Positions 38,901 through 51,400 of a stretch of 64,000 nucleotides of DNA are shown here, in pieces. The notes beneath the pieces were generated by a model, which saw nothing but the letters and a program-made list of their open reading frames with translations, was not told the DNA's origin and ran no database searches. The translations under genes were made by a program, and so were the position numbers. The stretch covers positions 248,001 to 312,000 of the forward strand of contig NIVC01000034.1 in NCBI GenBank assembly GCA_002269645.1. The letters run 5' to 3'. The stretch is from Macrostomum lignano. Lineage: Eukaryota. The number at the start of each line of letters is the position of its first letter. The first letter of the stretch is position 1.

Positions 38901-41774
38901 GAGTCCTCAATTAGGGATCTAAATCCTCAATTATGGATCTAAATCCTCAATTAGGGATCTAAATCCTCAATTAGGGATCTGAATCCTCAATTAGGGATCT
39001 GAATCCTCAATTAGGGATCTGAATCGTCAATTAGGGATCTAAATCCTCAATTAGGGACTTAATTGGGGATCTGAATCCTTAATTAGGGATCTGAATCCTC
39101 AATTAGGGATCTAAATCCTCAATTGGGGATCTGAATTCTCAACTAGAGATATAAAAATCCTGTATTGAAACCCACAGAGCAGTCTCTCACCTGGCTAAAT
39201 CGTCGTCAATATGAAGCAGCACAAACAGGGCCCAGTCCCACAGTCCCTGGGACTCCAGTTTAGCCGCATAGCCGCAGTGCAGCGCCTGAGTGGCCGAGTC
39301 GGTGAGGTGGCTGTAGCCAATCGCGCGCAGACTGCGCCACAGATGCCAGGCGGGCCCAAAGTCGATGGGATCTGGACCGTAGCCGCGCGGATCCAACAGC
39401 CTAGCCAGCCGGTGGCTTCGTTTGCAGTGCAGGCGCACCAAATGATAGGCGGTATCCCAGCGTGCGCCGCCGTGCTCCGGATTTAACGGCGGCGGCGGTG
39501 CGCCGGGCTCCGGCGATTTGAAGGCCGATTTGTAGGCGCGCAATGCCGGGCCAAGACCGTCGCCGTAGGGTACGGAGAACCACAGGTAGAGAGTGAATGC
39601 TCGGGTCCAGTCCATGCCCTCTGGATTGGTTGTTTTGCATCAGAGGAGGTGAACTTTCGATACATATCGGCATATTGTAATTCATACGACAATACTTAGA
39701 AATTTTGTCTAGGATTTTCTTAGAAACGCATATTTTTTAAACTACTAATTAATAAATTACCAATTTTTCGATACATATCACCAAATCCAAGAGTACACAC
39801 ATGATAATACCTGACATTTTCCTAGGAGTCTAGGACTTGTTTCTAACAGCCTTATGCAAAATTCAACTTTACTTTCGATACATATCGGCAAATCCAAGAG
39901 TACATTTAATAATAACTTTAAATCTCTAGAAGTCTAGTACAAAATTAAACTGTATTTTCTATACATATCGGTAGACTGAAATGATAGTAGAACAGTCAGA
40001 CACTTTTATGAAACTTATATTGGCTTTTGATACATATCTGATGCTAACCTGATGACATAAACTTAAAAATCAAAGTTGATTATATAAATACAATTTTCGA
40101 TACATATCGGTAATTAATACTAATAGATATACCTGTCCCACTGACATCGCCAGCCAGGAGTCGATAGAGTCGCCAAACAGCAGGCGGTATAAAATCTTTT
40201 GCTCCAGTCTGCTGCCAACAGGCCACCTGCTGGGCCACCAGGTCGCGTACAGATTCCGAGTGCGGCTGGCCCAACAGCAGCGCCAGTCGGTAGTGGCGCC
40301 GTTTTAGCGCTAAAGCGCACGCCTCAGTGAACTGACCGGCGCTTAACAAGCGAAACACAGCCACGGCGCAATCGCCCTCACTGTCGGGATCTTCAACAGT
40401 CTGTTGCTGTTGCTGCTGCTGCTGCTGAAGTTCGGCAACAACTGGCCTTCGCTGAACCCATTCTGTGAAAGCCTCTTTCCGAGGCAACTGAGTCGCTAAG
40501 AATTCGTCCTGCGGCAGATGCTGCTGCTGCTCACCACCAGCTGCATCAGAAGACGCAACCGTCGAGGATTTCAACGGAGCCCAGAGCGCTCGAGTGAGGC
40601 TGAGCAGGCGGGACAGGACACTGTCAGGCTGGGACTCCAGCTCGGCCAGGTACTGGGTCAGGGGTTCGAGTCCCGGCTGTGGAGACCATCTAGGGCATTG
40701 AAGAAGACTCTGCTGGCTGCCTCGGTCGGACACGGAGGTGTCGAGAGCAGCATTGAGCAGATTCTCTTCGTGTACGCTGGCCTCGCGACTCGACTCGGGA
40801 GCGAACACGCTGGTCAAGTGAATCTGCAAATTAATTTCAATATGCATTAACAGACACTTAAATTCTAACAATACTACTTATTAATAAATCGCATTCAGTT
40901 GAGTTTTTTTAAATTTTCGCAAAAATTAGAAACTCCGATATGTATCGAAAATAAATATAATCAACAACGCAAATCTTACAGACGTGACAAAATATGCCAA
41001 GTATTATAGTTAAACAACTATAGTCACGATACTACTAAACTTCAATTCTGAGGAAAACATGTAGCGAAAAATACAAAATTCCAGTCAAAAAGAAAAAAAT
41101 TGGCAGTAAATAATTTCGGAAAAATTGTTGACTCACTAGTTTCTGAGATGTGATCCATTCCGTTGTAGCTTCAAAACCCCGATATGTATCGAAAACAAAT
41201 ATACATAAAAACACTAATTCAACGAATCTCGAAACCCTGATTGTAAGCAATGCCATTGATACTACTTTTGTACTTAGCATATGAATTAGTACTCGTACGA
41301 AAATATAGAACAAATCCGATATGTATCGACAGAACAACTATAGTAGTAACAAATTAACCAACTCTGGTCTTGATGACATTTCAACCGAATTACACTTAAA
41401 TATACAAAACTGCTAATAATACTACTTATCTACTCTTATACGCACTGATACAAAAAAGATTTTTATGAAAAAAACTTTTCAAAAAAGGAGGAAATCCCCG
41501 ATATGTATCGAAAGATACAAAACTCTAACTAAATGAAACCAAAATTTTTATGTTTAATGTTTTCTTCCTTTCTACACATTAGTGTTTACTGAACCCGATA
41601 TGTATCGAAAAACTATTATAACAATAAAAGTTTAATCAGTTTTACCGAATTACACTTAATTACACAAAAACGGCTAAAACGCTAATAATACTACTTATCT
41701 ATTTTTTCGCGCCGATATAAAGCATAATTTAGATACAAAAAGCTATTGAAAAACGAATGCCAATATGTATCGAA

Positions 41775-41836
<62 letters not shown>

Positions 41837-44800
41837 ATACCAACCCTGGGTCCATCGATAGCTAGCAGTTCTCCGGACGGTCCCCAAGAGACGCGGCGAG
41901 ACCTGCTACGCCAGAAGGCGACATCGGCCAGACTAAAATCGGCCGCGCATTGTCGCAAGTCGCCACCGCCGCCACCGTAGCCGGCAAAGCTGAGCTTCAC
42001 AGATTCGGGAAACCTCAGCCGAGCAGCTGGCCTAGCCGGCATCGAGGACGGCACCGGAGACTCTGGGGCGAAGGCGAATTCCATTGGTTTCACTCGCAAT
42101 GGCGATTGGGTTGGCAGGCCTGGACCAAGATGTTGCTGCTGCTGCTGCTGCTGGCCAGTACGACGCAGCTTTGATGGTGATGGAGAGGTCGATAGCAGGC
42201 CAGTCGGTGAGGCTAAGAACGACCGACGAGAGTCCACGTAAGACAGTTGCTGTTGGGAATACATTTATCTGTCTGCGGCTGCAAGTCATGAGGAGCAGGT
42301 CATGAATTGCTGGGAAAAACTTTAATAAACCGTTATACATTACTAACTTGTCAGGTCTAATAAATCTGACTTGTCAGATCCATTAAATCTGACTTGTCAG
42401 GTCTATTAAATCTGACTGTCAGGTCTATTAAATCTTACTTGTCAGGCCTATTAAATCTGACTTGTCAGGTCTATAAGTCTGACTTGTCAGGTCTATTAAA
42501 TCTGACTTGTCAGGTGTATTAACTCTGACTTGTCAGGTCTATTAAATCTGACTTGTCAGGTGTATTAACTCTGACTTGTCAGGTCTATTAAATCTGACTT
42601 GTCAGGTGTATTAACTCTGACTTGTCAGGTCTATTAAATCTGACTTGTCAGGTCTATTAAATCTGACTTGTCAGGTCTATTAAATCTGACTTGTCAGGTG
42701 TATTAAATCTGACTTGTCAGGTGTATTAAATCTGACTTGTCAGGTCTATTAAATCTGACTTGTCAGGTGTATTAAATCTGACTTGTCAGGTGTATTAAAT
42801 CTGACTTGTCATGTGTATTAAATCTGACTTGTCAGGTCTATTAACTTTGACTTGTCAGGTCTATTAACTCTGACTTGTCAGGTCTATTAACTTTGACTTG
42901 TCAGGTCTATTAAATCTGACTTGTCAGGTCTATTAACTTTGACTTGTCAGGTCTATTAACTCTGACTTGTCAGGTCTATTAACTCTGACTTGTCAGGTCT
43001 ATTAAATCTGCCTTGTCAGGTCTACCAGTATTAACTTTGACTTGTCAGGTCTATTAAATCTGACTGTCAGGTGTATTAAACCTGACCTCAAAAAGCAAAT
43101 TAGAAAACCAAAAAACACAGTCGAATTAAAACAACACCAATAATACACGATCGTATTCAGTTATAATATATTAATGGTTAATAATTAAGCTAAAAAGCAT
43201 GATCAATAAAAGTATTGCAAAAAAATAAAACACATAACTTACTACCATTAATAAATATAAACATACATGCGCAACAGTCGGCCGAGTCGGCCGATCCGGC
43301 CGACCGATTTGGCGGCCAACCAAGGTAAGTCGCAAAAATGCCCACCCGAAAGAATCATACGTAGTACTAATTAGATGACGAGGCATTTAGCCCTTATAAG
43401 ACAGTCATAGTTACTCCTGCTGTTTACCCAAAATTGCGTTAATTTTGCTGAAGGGTTTCTTTCACAGGTAAGTCGCATTTTTTGTTAAAACTAAGTCGCA
43501 CGGCCGACCAAATTTTGAAGGTTGCGCATGTATGAATATAAATAAGCTAACACAACATTCAAAGCAGCAACAATAATAGCAGGCAAAATAAGCAAACAGA
43601 TTTCAAGCAATTTAAGCCAACATAATTATTAAATAATGGGTAAAAAAGCAAACGGTTAATACAGACCATTATTTCTGGCATTTCTAGCACCGATGACAAT
43701 ATTGCAGTCTTTTAACAGTTAAATAAAAGTCATGGAATGCGGCCAGCTGCATTTACCAGATTGAATTTATATTTTTTTAATTATAAACATGTAGACTAGC
43801 AACTGTCAACGCAAATTAAATAGATTATAAATTGAGCTAAGTTTAATACCTACATGCAGTTGAAGCAAATTAAACCAATATCAAGTGATAAACGCAGTCA
43901 TTATATAAATACTAAAAGAGAAAATGGACGCAAAAGAATGTGCGCTTGGGCTAATTGCAGAGCAAAACTGGGCACTACTGGACGGCTTAAAACTTCAAGC
44001 GACAGTCGGTGAGATCGATTTGAGAGTACAGAGTAGAGGCAGAGAAAAGAGAGGAAGAATAGATATTAGAATTAACTATTCGCGTTAGGAGAAGAGATGC
44101 GGCAGAAGAGAGGATGAGATTTGTAGATAAGATTAGGAGGATCAGATTTGCGAATAGGAGAGGGCGAGATTTATGAATACATGTAGGTGAGATCTGTGGA
44201 TAGGAGAGTGAGATTTGTAGATAGGAGGGTGAGATTTGTGGATAGGAGGGTGAGATTTGTGGATAGGAAGGTGAGATTTGTAGATAGGAGGGTGAGATTT
44301 GTGGATAGGAGGGTGAGATTTGTGGATAGGAAGGTGAGATTTGAGGATAGGAGGGTGAGAGTTGTGGATAGGAGATGGTGAGACTTTTGGATAGGAGGGT
44401 GAGATTTGTGGATAGGAGAGTGAGATTTGTAGATAGGAGGGTGAGATTTGTGGATAGGAGGGTGAGATTTGTGGATAGGAAGGTGAGATTTGAGGATAGG
44501 AGGGTGAGAGTTGTGGATAGGAGATGGTGAGACTTTTGGATAGGAGGGTGAGATTTGTGGATGTGAGGGTGAGATTTGTGAATAGGAGAGGGTGAGACTT
44601 GTGGATAGATCTTGAGACTCAAGACAGAGATAAGATCGAGATAAAAAATGATAAAAATAACGATTTTCAATCAATCAATCGTTGTTAATGGGTGCTAAAA
44701 GCCAGTCCAGTTATCTCAAGAGAGTATCTGAGTCGGATTTTCGCCAAGAGCCATGCTGCCCTTGAAGTCTAGCACATCGGAGAGACGACACCAACTGCCT

Positions 44801-45301
44801 TTGCTGTTGCTGCTGTTGCAGTCTCGGCGGAGTCAGAGTGGCGGATTTCTCGCCGCCAAGAATATTACAATTATTTGGCGTCATAGTGGGCCGACGGCAA
44901 GTCACGGCCACTCTAGAAGTGGAGGCTGTACGCCACATCAACCTCTGGCACTGGCTGCCAGTGTTCAAAGACTCACAGGATGATTGATTAATTTGATCCT
45001 CGCAATTAAATAATTCAGTTTTCATGCTTTGCAAAGTGGCAGCGCTCAGGCCAAGTTGTTTTACTAAAGCAACTGAAGCTGGGTCGGATGAAGCTGATGA
45101 AGGCGGTTCCGGCTGAGGTGAATGCTGCTGAGGAGGCGGTGGCGGTGGCATGGGCTGCCCAATGGGGTAGAGGTGACCATTTTGCAGAACGCAAGGCAAC
45201 ACGAGGCCATTAGGAAGTGGATAAAAATAGTAGCGATAATGCGTGTTACTACCCGGATGTGACTGCTGCTGACAATGCTGCATGCCGGATGTCTTTTAGT
45301 G
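35985..45301 (-). CDS. NUP98: Nup96 moiety of Nup98-Nup96; exons about 45301-44977 (boundaries uncertain), about 42260-41845, 40823-40133, 39620-39191, 38159-37718, 36221-35985
   Basis: QLGLSAATLQSMKTELF, DVAFWRSRSRRVSWGP, ACALALKRRHYRLALLL, DWTRAFTLYLWF, DTAYHLVRL, ESQGLWDWALFVLLH and SLTSLCSRV match Nup96 blocks in the right order. Splice phases are consistent from 41845 onward. Confidence 0.85.
36340..37692. repeat. 35/38-bp intronic minisatellite (ATTCATTCAGTGACTGAGCTATCAGTGACCTTGAG)n
   Basis: Tandem array filling the last Nup96 intron. Confidence 0.95.
38265..39147. repeat. 20-bp intronic minisatellite (CTGAATCCTCAATTAGGGAT)n
   Basis: Direct periodicity. Confidence 0.97.
39657..41773. 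repeat. 12 dispersed copies of the 14-bp quasi-palindrome TCGATACATATCGG / CCGATATGTATCGA, inverted about exon 40133-40823
   Basis: Forward copies at 39657, 39768, 39875, 39958, 40027 and 40097. Reverse-complement copies at 40935, 41179, 41316, 41498, 41595 and 41760. Confidence 0.9.
42345..43088. repeat. 23-bp intronic minisatellite (TCTATTAAATCTGACTTGTCAGG)n
   Basis: Direct periodicity. Confidence 0.97.
43262..43534. mobile_element. hAT-type MITE, 273 bp
   Basis: 14-bp TIRs CATACATGCGCAAC / GTTGCGCATGTATG. 8-bp TSD AATATAAA at 43254-43261 and 43535-43542. Confidence 0.85.
44165..44625. repeat. 21-bp minisatellite (GGGTGAGATTTGTGGATAGGA)n
   Basis: Direct periodicity. Confidence 0.95.
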
Positions 45302-45353
45302 CTGAAATATTTACGATTTTTTACGGTAAAGGATGTCAGGTAAAATGGGATTA

Positions 45354-47039
45354 CTTACTTACTTACTTACTACTGACGGGGGGCGCAGGCGCCGCGAATA
45401 GGCCGCGAGGCCCCTATCGCAACCCCAAGGTAAAAGAGCACAAGGATTAGCCTTGGGGGTGCGCCCAGTCCCCGCCAGTAGTCGGCAGGTCCGCAGTGGA
45501 GGCATCGGCGACCCTCATCCGGCCGGAGTCCCGGACGAAGGCGCGGAGGTCTCGGATATTGTCCGCGGTGGTCAGCTCGTCCATCCGCTGGGGGTGGCCG
45601 AGGTATTTGTGCCGCGCCTTGTTGAAGTAAGGGCAGAAGGTGACGTGATGCTCCGCGGTCTCCTCTCCTATGCCACAGAAGGGACAGGTGGGAGGGCAAC
45701 CGGTTTGCAACGATATATGTCTCTGGAAGAATCCGTGGCCGGTTAGGACCATGCACATCTCCCTGAGGTCGGTTTTGTTAAGCGAAATCAGATAATCAGA
45801 GACTTTCCTGTTCAGGTTAGGCATGGCAGAGCGGCTCTGCCTGTACTCGGTGCAGCTGTTCCAGTGGAGCTGGTGCTGCTGATGGAGCCACCTGTTGATA
45901 TGGCGGGTGACTTGCGACCTGGGGGTGGGTAGCCTCATCAGACGGTGGTTGCCGTCTGGGTTGCTGCCCTCCTTGGCGAGAGAGTCCGCGAGCTCGTTGC
46001 CCAGGATGTTGCTGTGACCAGGTGTCCAGATAATTCTAATCCTGTTAAGGACTGAGAGAGATTGCACACTGCGGTGGCATTGAGATACTGTAGCAGCGGA
46101 GATATTCTCAGTGGTTAAGGCCTTAATAGCAGCTTGGCTATCAGTGTAGAAATTAATGTCAAAATTATTAATGTTCGCCTGAAACAGTTGCTGGGCACAC
46201 TGCTCAATGGCGCAAATTTCAGCTTGGAAAACTGAGGTGTTCTCACCGAGGTGCAGACTTTCCTGGAGAAGCATCTTACCCTCGTGGAAAATGGCAATAC
46301 CCGCTCCAGCGCGGCCGTTGAACAGCGAGCCGTCGGTGAAGCAGTGAATGCCCTGGCTGCGCCGGTTCACACCGACATCCAGCGGAATGTTGTCTCGGCC
46401 AGGGATGGCGGTCTTGAAGCCCCTCCTGATGTTGAGGGCGGGAGGTCGACTATCCACATTGCCCAGGTCCATGTGGATGTTGTTAAGGTCGCGGCGGACA
46501 AAGTCCATATGCGGGATTAATGTTTTCATTGGCATAAAGCCAGAGGGCGCGTTATTTAACGTTTTATCTCTGATAAGCCGGGAGGCAGACTTCATAGCCT
46601 CCGCCCTAATAAATAGGTGAAGCGGAGGTAGGTTAAGGATAGTGTTCAGCCCCTCGTAAGGGGTGGACGGGTACGCACCTGTGATGGCACGGCAAATGCT
46701 GCCCTGAAGCTGGTACAGCCGCTGACGGGCGGCCTTCTGCTCCAGCACGCTAGTCCAGATGAGACTCGCGTATGTGATACTGGGCCGGATGATGCCGGTA
46801 TAAATCCAACGGACCGTTCTAGGCGAGAGGCCCCAAGTCGGCCCGATGGCTCTGCGCAGCTGGGCAAAGCAGCGTTTTGCCCGACCGATGACGTTATCAA
46901 GGTGCTTCGTCCAGCGCAGGTCATGCGTTAGCGTCACACCGAGGTATTTGACCTCCTTCTTGAAGGGGATGTTTCTGCCATAGACAGTGAGGTTTTTCAT
47001 CTCCCACTTACGGCGCTTGGTGAAAACGACAGCGACAGT
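45354..47039 (-). mobile_element. 5'-truncated non-LTR retrotransposon (RT C-terminus + RNase H + Cys/His motif; I-group, LOA-like)
   Basis: ORF 45447-47000+ has [53 protein letters not shown] and CPFC..EETAEH. It has a (GTAA)5 tail and a 13-bp TSD TAAAATGGGATTA at 45341-45353 and 47040-47052. Confidence 0.92.
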
Positions 47040-47052
47040 TAAAATGGGATTA

Positions 47053-47700
47053 ACTAGTTAAGGATCTGAGGTACAATGGGATTAACTAGTTAAGTATCTG
47101 AGGTACAATGGGATTAACTAGTTAAGGATCTGGGGTACAATGGGATTAACTAGTTAAGGATCTGAGGTACAATGGGATTAACTAGTTAAGGATCTCGGGT
47201 ACAATGGGATTAACTACTCAAGGATCTGAGGTACAATGGGATTAACTAGTTAAGGATCTCGGTCGGGTACAATGGGATTAACTACTCAAGGATCTCAGGT
47301 ACAATGGGATTAACTAGTTAAGGATTTCGGGTACAATGGGATTAACTAGTTAAGGATCTCAGGTACAATGGGATTAACTAGTTAAGGATCTCAGGTACAA
47401 TGGGATTAACTAGTTAAGGATTTCGGGTACAATGGGATTAACTAGTTAAGGATCTCAGGTACAATGGGATTAACTAGTTAAGGATCTCAGGTACAATGGG
47501 ATTAACTAGTTAAGGATTTCGGGTACAATGGGATTAACTAGTTAAGGATCTCAGGCACAATGGGATTAACTAGTTAAGGATCTCAGGTACAATGGGATTA
47601 ACTAGTTAAGGATTTCGGGTACAATGGGATTAACTAGTTAAGGATCTGAGGTACAATGGGATTAACTAGTTAAGCATCTCGGGTACAATGGGATTAACCA
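47053..47700. repeat. 32-bp minisatellite (ATGGGATTAACTAGTTAAGGATCTCAGGTACA)n
   Basis: Direct periodicity. The LINE is inserted in the terminal degenerate unit. Confidence 0.97.
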
Positions 47701-48180
47701 GATTAATAGAAGCAAGGAGTGAAAAGCAAACTCATTATAGAATCGGGAGGACACAAAAGCCTGTACTTGTATTTAAAACAAATAATACATTCGAGTCGGT
47801 TCTTGTAATTTATAAAATGAAACTTTTTGTCTTATGCAGTTTAGCAAATCAGAAAATACCAGCACTAGGAGACAGGTGACATTGAAACCTTTCGAAATTA
47901 ACAAAATAAAAAAGAATGTGATGACATAGGATTAAGTAAACATTAAACTTAAAATTTGTTACTTTTTAAACATAGACAAAAGGGTATTTTAACGACAACT
48001 TTTACAGTACACATGAACTCATGCCAAAAATTTGGGGGGGGGGGATAAATAAACTATGAAAATTATAACAAAAAGAATATTTTTATTTCATTTAACTGAA
48101 TAGGCGGGTCTATAATATTTTAAGATAATTATATCAGGATAAAAGCATGCCTATTAAACCTTCATTTTGAAATATTATCT

Positions 48181-48316
48181 TCTGTTAGACAGTCAACTCT
48201 GAACACAGTGTCAACACCTGTTAGACAGTCAACTCTGAACACAGTGTCAACACCTGTTAGACAGTCAACTCTGAACACAGTGTCAACACCTGTTAGACAG
48301 TCAACTCTGAACACAC
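48181..48316. repeat. 36-bp minisatellite (CTGTTAGACAGTCAACTCTGAACACAGTGTCAACAC), about 3.7 units
   Basis: Direct periodicity, followed by an inverted partial unit (CTGTCTAACAGTC). Confidence 0.9.
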
Positions 48317-48439
48317 CTGTCTAACAGTCGATCCGACACGAAGAATCAAGCCCCTAAGAATGGCATAAACTATACAATATGTTTAGAAACTGTAAGGCCA
48401 GAAATCCCGCAGTAAAACTGAAATCTCAAATCGCAAATC

Positions 48440-51400
48440 TCAGATCGCGCTGCTACTATCAGGCAGAGGCTGTCTGTGACTCTCGGTCGGTGCAGCAGTC
48501 AGAGCGGGACTGTTCTCAGCCCCGCCAGATGCATTGGAGGCATTCAACGATTTAGACTTAGCAGCAGTGCCAACTGCAGTGGCTCCGATAGCTTTAGCCG
48601 AGGCCGAAGCAGCAATAGCCGAAGCAGACGCAGAGTCAAGAGACGCTCTCAAAGCAGACGAGGGCAGCGTGAGCTTCTTCCAATTGGATTTTCTAACAAA
48701 GAACAGACTGTCACTGCCAGACGGGTTGCTACTAGAAGAGAAACTAGCCCCCGCAGCATCCGAGGAAGCCTGTTCGAATCCTTCGAATAGTTGCTTCCTA
48801 TTGGCCACTTGAAGCGGTCGGACAGTTGTTGACGAGCCCGATGAGCAGCTGTTAGACTTGGGAGACACTCCGATGCTGAAATTGTAGTTAGCCTGACTGT
48901 TGCCAAGGGCGCGTTGGGCAGCCACTGGGAGCAGAAGATGTTGCTGCGAACTGACACCACCGCTAGACTGTTGAAGATTAAATGTTTGACGAGATGCCGA
49001 CGGCTGAGACAGGCTGAAATAGTTCAGAGGTGCACTCGAAGCCGAGGAAAATGGGCCGATGCCTGATCCCGCGGCTGAACCAGACGAAGAGGTCGACATT
49101 TGGCGAGTCAGGTGAGCGGTGCCGTATGGTAGGGTCTGGACTAAGTCGAGTACCTGCGGTCAAGTTTTAGAGACGAGGGAGATGGTTAATTTAGATTATA
49201 ATTGTGCTGAAACAACTGTTGAAAGATTGGGAAATGTGCCAGCAGCTAAGCATCTGATCTTGTTTCTCTTTTCCCAACAGAAACGTGGACATATGGGAGA
49301 TTAGGTGTCAGTAAAAGTGATACCTGAGGATCAGGGAAGGTGTCAGTAACTGTGATATCTGAGGATCAGGGAAGGTGTCAGTAACTGTGATACCTGAGGA
49401 TCAGGGAAGGTGTCAGTAACTGTGATACCTGAGGATCAGGGAAGGTGTCAGTAACTGTGATACCTGAGGATCAGGGAAGGTGTCAGTAACTGTGATATCT
49501 GAGGATCAGGGAAGGTGCCAGTAACTGTGATACCTGAGGATCAGGGAAGATGTCAGTAACTGTGATATCTGAGGATCAGGGAAGGTGCCAGTAACTGTGA
49601 TACCTGAGGATCAGGGAAGGTGTCAGTAACTGTGATATCTGAGGATCAGGGAAGGTGTCAGTAACTGTGATACCTGAGGATCAGGGAAGGTGTCAGTAAC
49701 TGTGATACCTGAGGATCAGGGAAGGTGTCAGTAACTGTGATACCTGAGGATCAGGGAAGGTGTCAGTAACTGTGATACCTGAGGATCAGGGAAGGTGTCA
49801 GTAACTGTGATACCTGAGGATCAGGGAAGGTGTCAGTAACTGTGATACCTGAGGATCAGGGAATGTGTCGTAACTGTGATACCTGAGGATCAGGGAAGGT
49901 GTCAGTAACTGTGATACCTGAGGATCAGGGAAGGTGTCAGTAACTGTGATACCTGAGGATCAGGGAAGGTGTCAGTAACTGTGATATCAGAGGATCAGTT
50001 AGTATTTAAGCCAGTCACCCTCACCTGCTGTTGCACCCTAGCCTGCTGCAACAGTGCCTCATCATGATTAGCGCTTAATCCGATAGACTGCGGAGCAGCG
50101 GCTTGAGCTGTCTGTCCAGGCAGAGCATAGGACTGCTGATGCAACTGGAACGGCTGATTAGGCATCATCAGTGACGAAGCCTGTTGCTGACCAACTCCAG
50201 TTTGCAGGCCTGACTGAAACGGAGTCTGACCGAGCATCAAACCGCCCGTGGTGCCGCCGCCAAGAGCGGATGGTTGACCAGCTGAAGGCAAGCTGAAACC
50301 AAACGAGCCGCCAACTGAGGCTGCTGGAGCGCCGGCGGTGGCGCCGAAGGACAAGCCGGCGCTTGGTGTTGGCTGGGTTGCACCGAACAGCGGCTTCGCC
50401 TGAATTTTGAAATTCAGGTTAGAGAAATTATGTATAATCTTGGCGTTAGTCTATTGATATTAGTAGGAGAATAACCAGAATAACTAGATGGGCCACTCAG
50501 CACATTTGCGTGTAAGCTACTATCAGTTCAGTAGTAAGCTAAACTGAAGCATTTTAATGTACTTTAAATTAAAGACAAGGCCCAGCCCATTTATTAGCTC
50601 TTACCCCCCCCCCAAGCTTGAACCCACAAACTCCACACAGAGCCTCTAACCCAATTTTTATTACCTTCCTCGGTTGTTACAGCCTAAAATCTGTCTTGTA
50701 CATTTTTGTGGCTAATGTACATACATTACGGCTGAACCAATTAGCAAGCTTGTTTAGTTAGTCTAGTAGCTGTGAGATAGGGTTAGAGTTTTGGTTAAGG
50801 TATAGCATTAGTAATAGGTTAAGCATAGGATTTAGATTTGTATTAGGATTAAGAAGTTTAGAATAAGGGTTTAGGTTAGATTTAGGATAAGGGTTTAGGT
50901 TAGGTTTAGGATAAGGCTTTAGGTTAGGTTTAGGATAAGGCTTTAGGTTAGGTTTAGGATAAGGCTTTAGGTTAGGTTTAGGATAAGGCTTTAGGTTAGG
51001 TTTAGGATAGGGCTTTAGGTTAGGTTTAGGATAAGGCTTTAGGTTAGGTTTAGGATAAGGCTTTAGGTTAGGTTTAGGATAAGGCTTTAGGTAAGGTTTA
51101 GGATAGGGCTTTAGGTTAGGTTTAGGATAAGGCTTTAGGTTAGGTTTAGGATAGGGCTTTAGGTTAGGTTTAGGATAAGGCTTTAGGTTAGGTTTAGGAT
51201 AAGGCTTTAGGTTAGGTTTAGGATAAGGCTTTAGGTTAGGTTTAGGATAAGGCTTTAGGTTAGGTTTAGGATAAGGCTTTAGGTTAATTTGTTAGGTTTA
51301 GGATAGGGCTGTAGGTTAGGTTGTTAGGTTTAGGATAGGTTTAGGGGGTTTGGTTAGGTTTAGGATAAGGGTTAGGTTTAGTTTAGGCCTTTGACAATAG

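Noticed and set aside
43987-44674. ORFs of 167-227 aa with 7-residue periodicity
   Set aside because: Artefact of the 21-bp minisatellite. The 14-aa repeat ORF at 60772-61017 likewise comes from the 42-bp array.
47030-47060. LINE/minisatellite junction as a misassembly explaining the missing Nup98 domain
   Set aside because: The 13-bp TSD on both sides shows a genuine insertion at this junction.
49305-49997. CTGAGGA in each unit as a hammerhead core
   Set aside because: No stem II followed by GAAA, and no cleavage triplet geometry.
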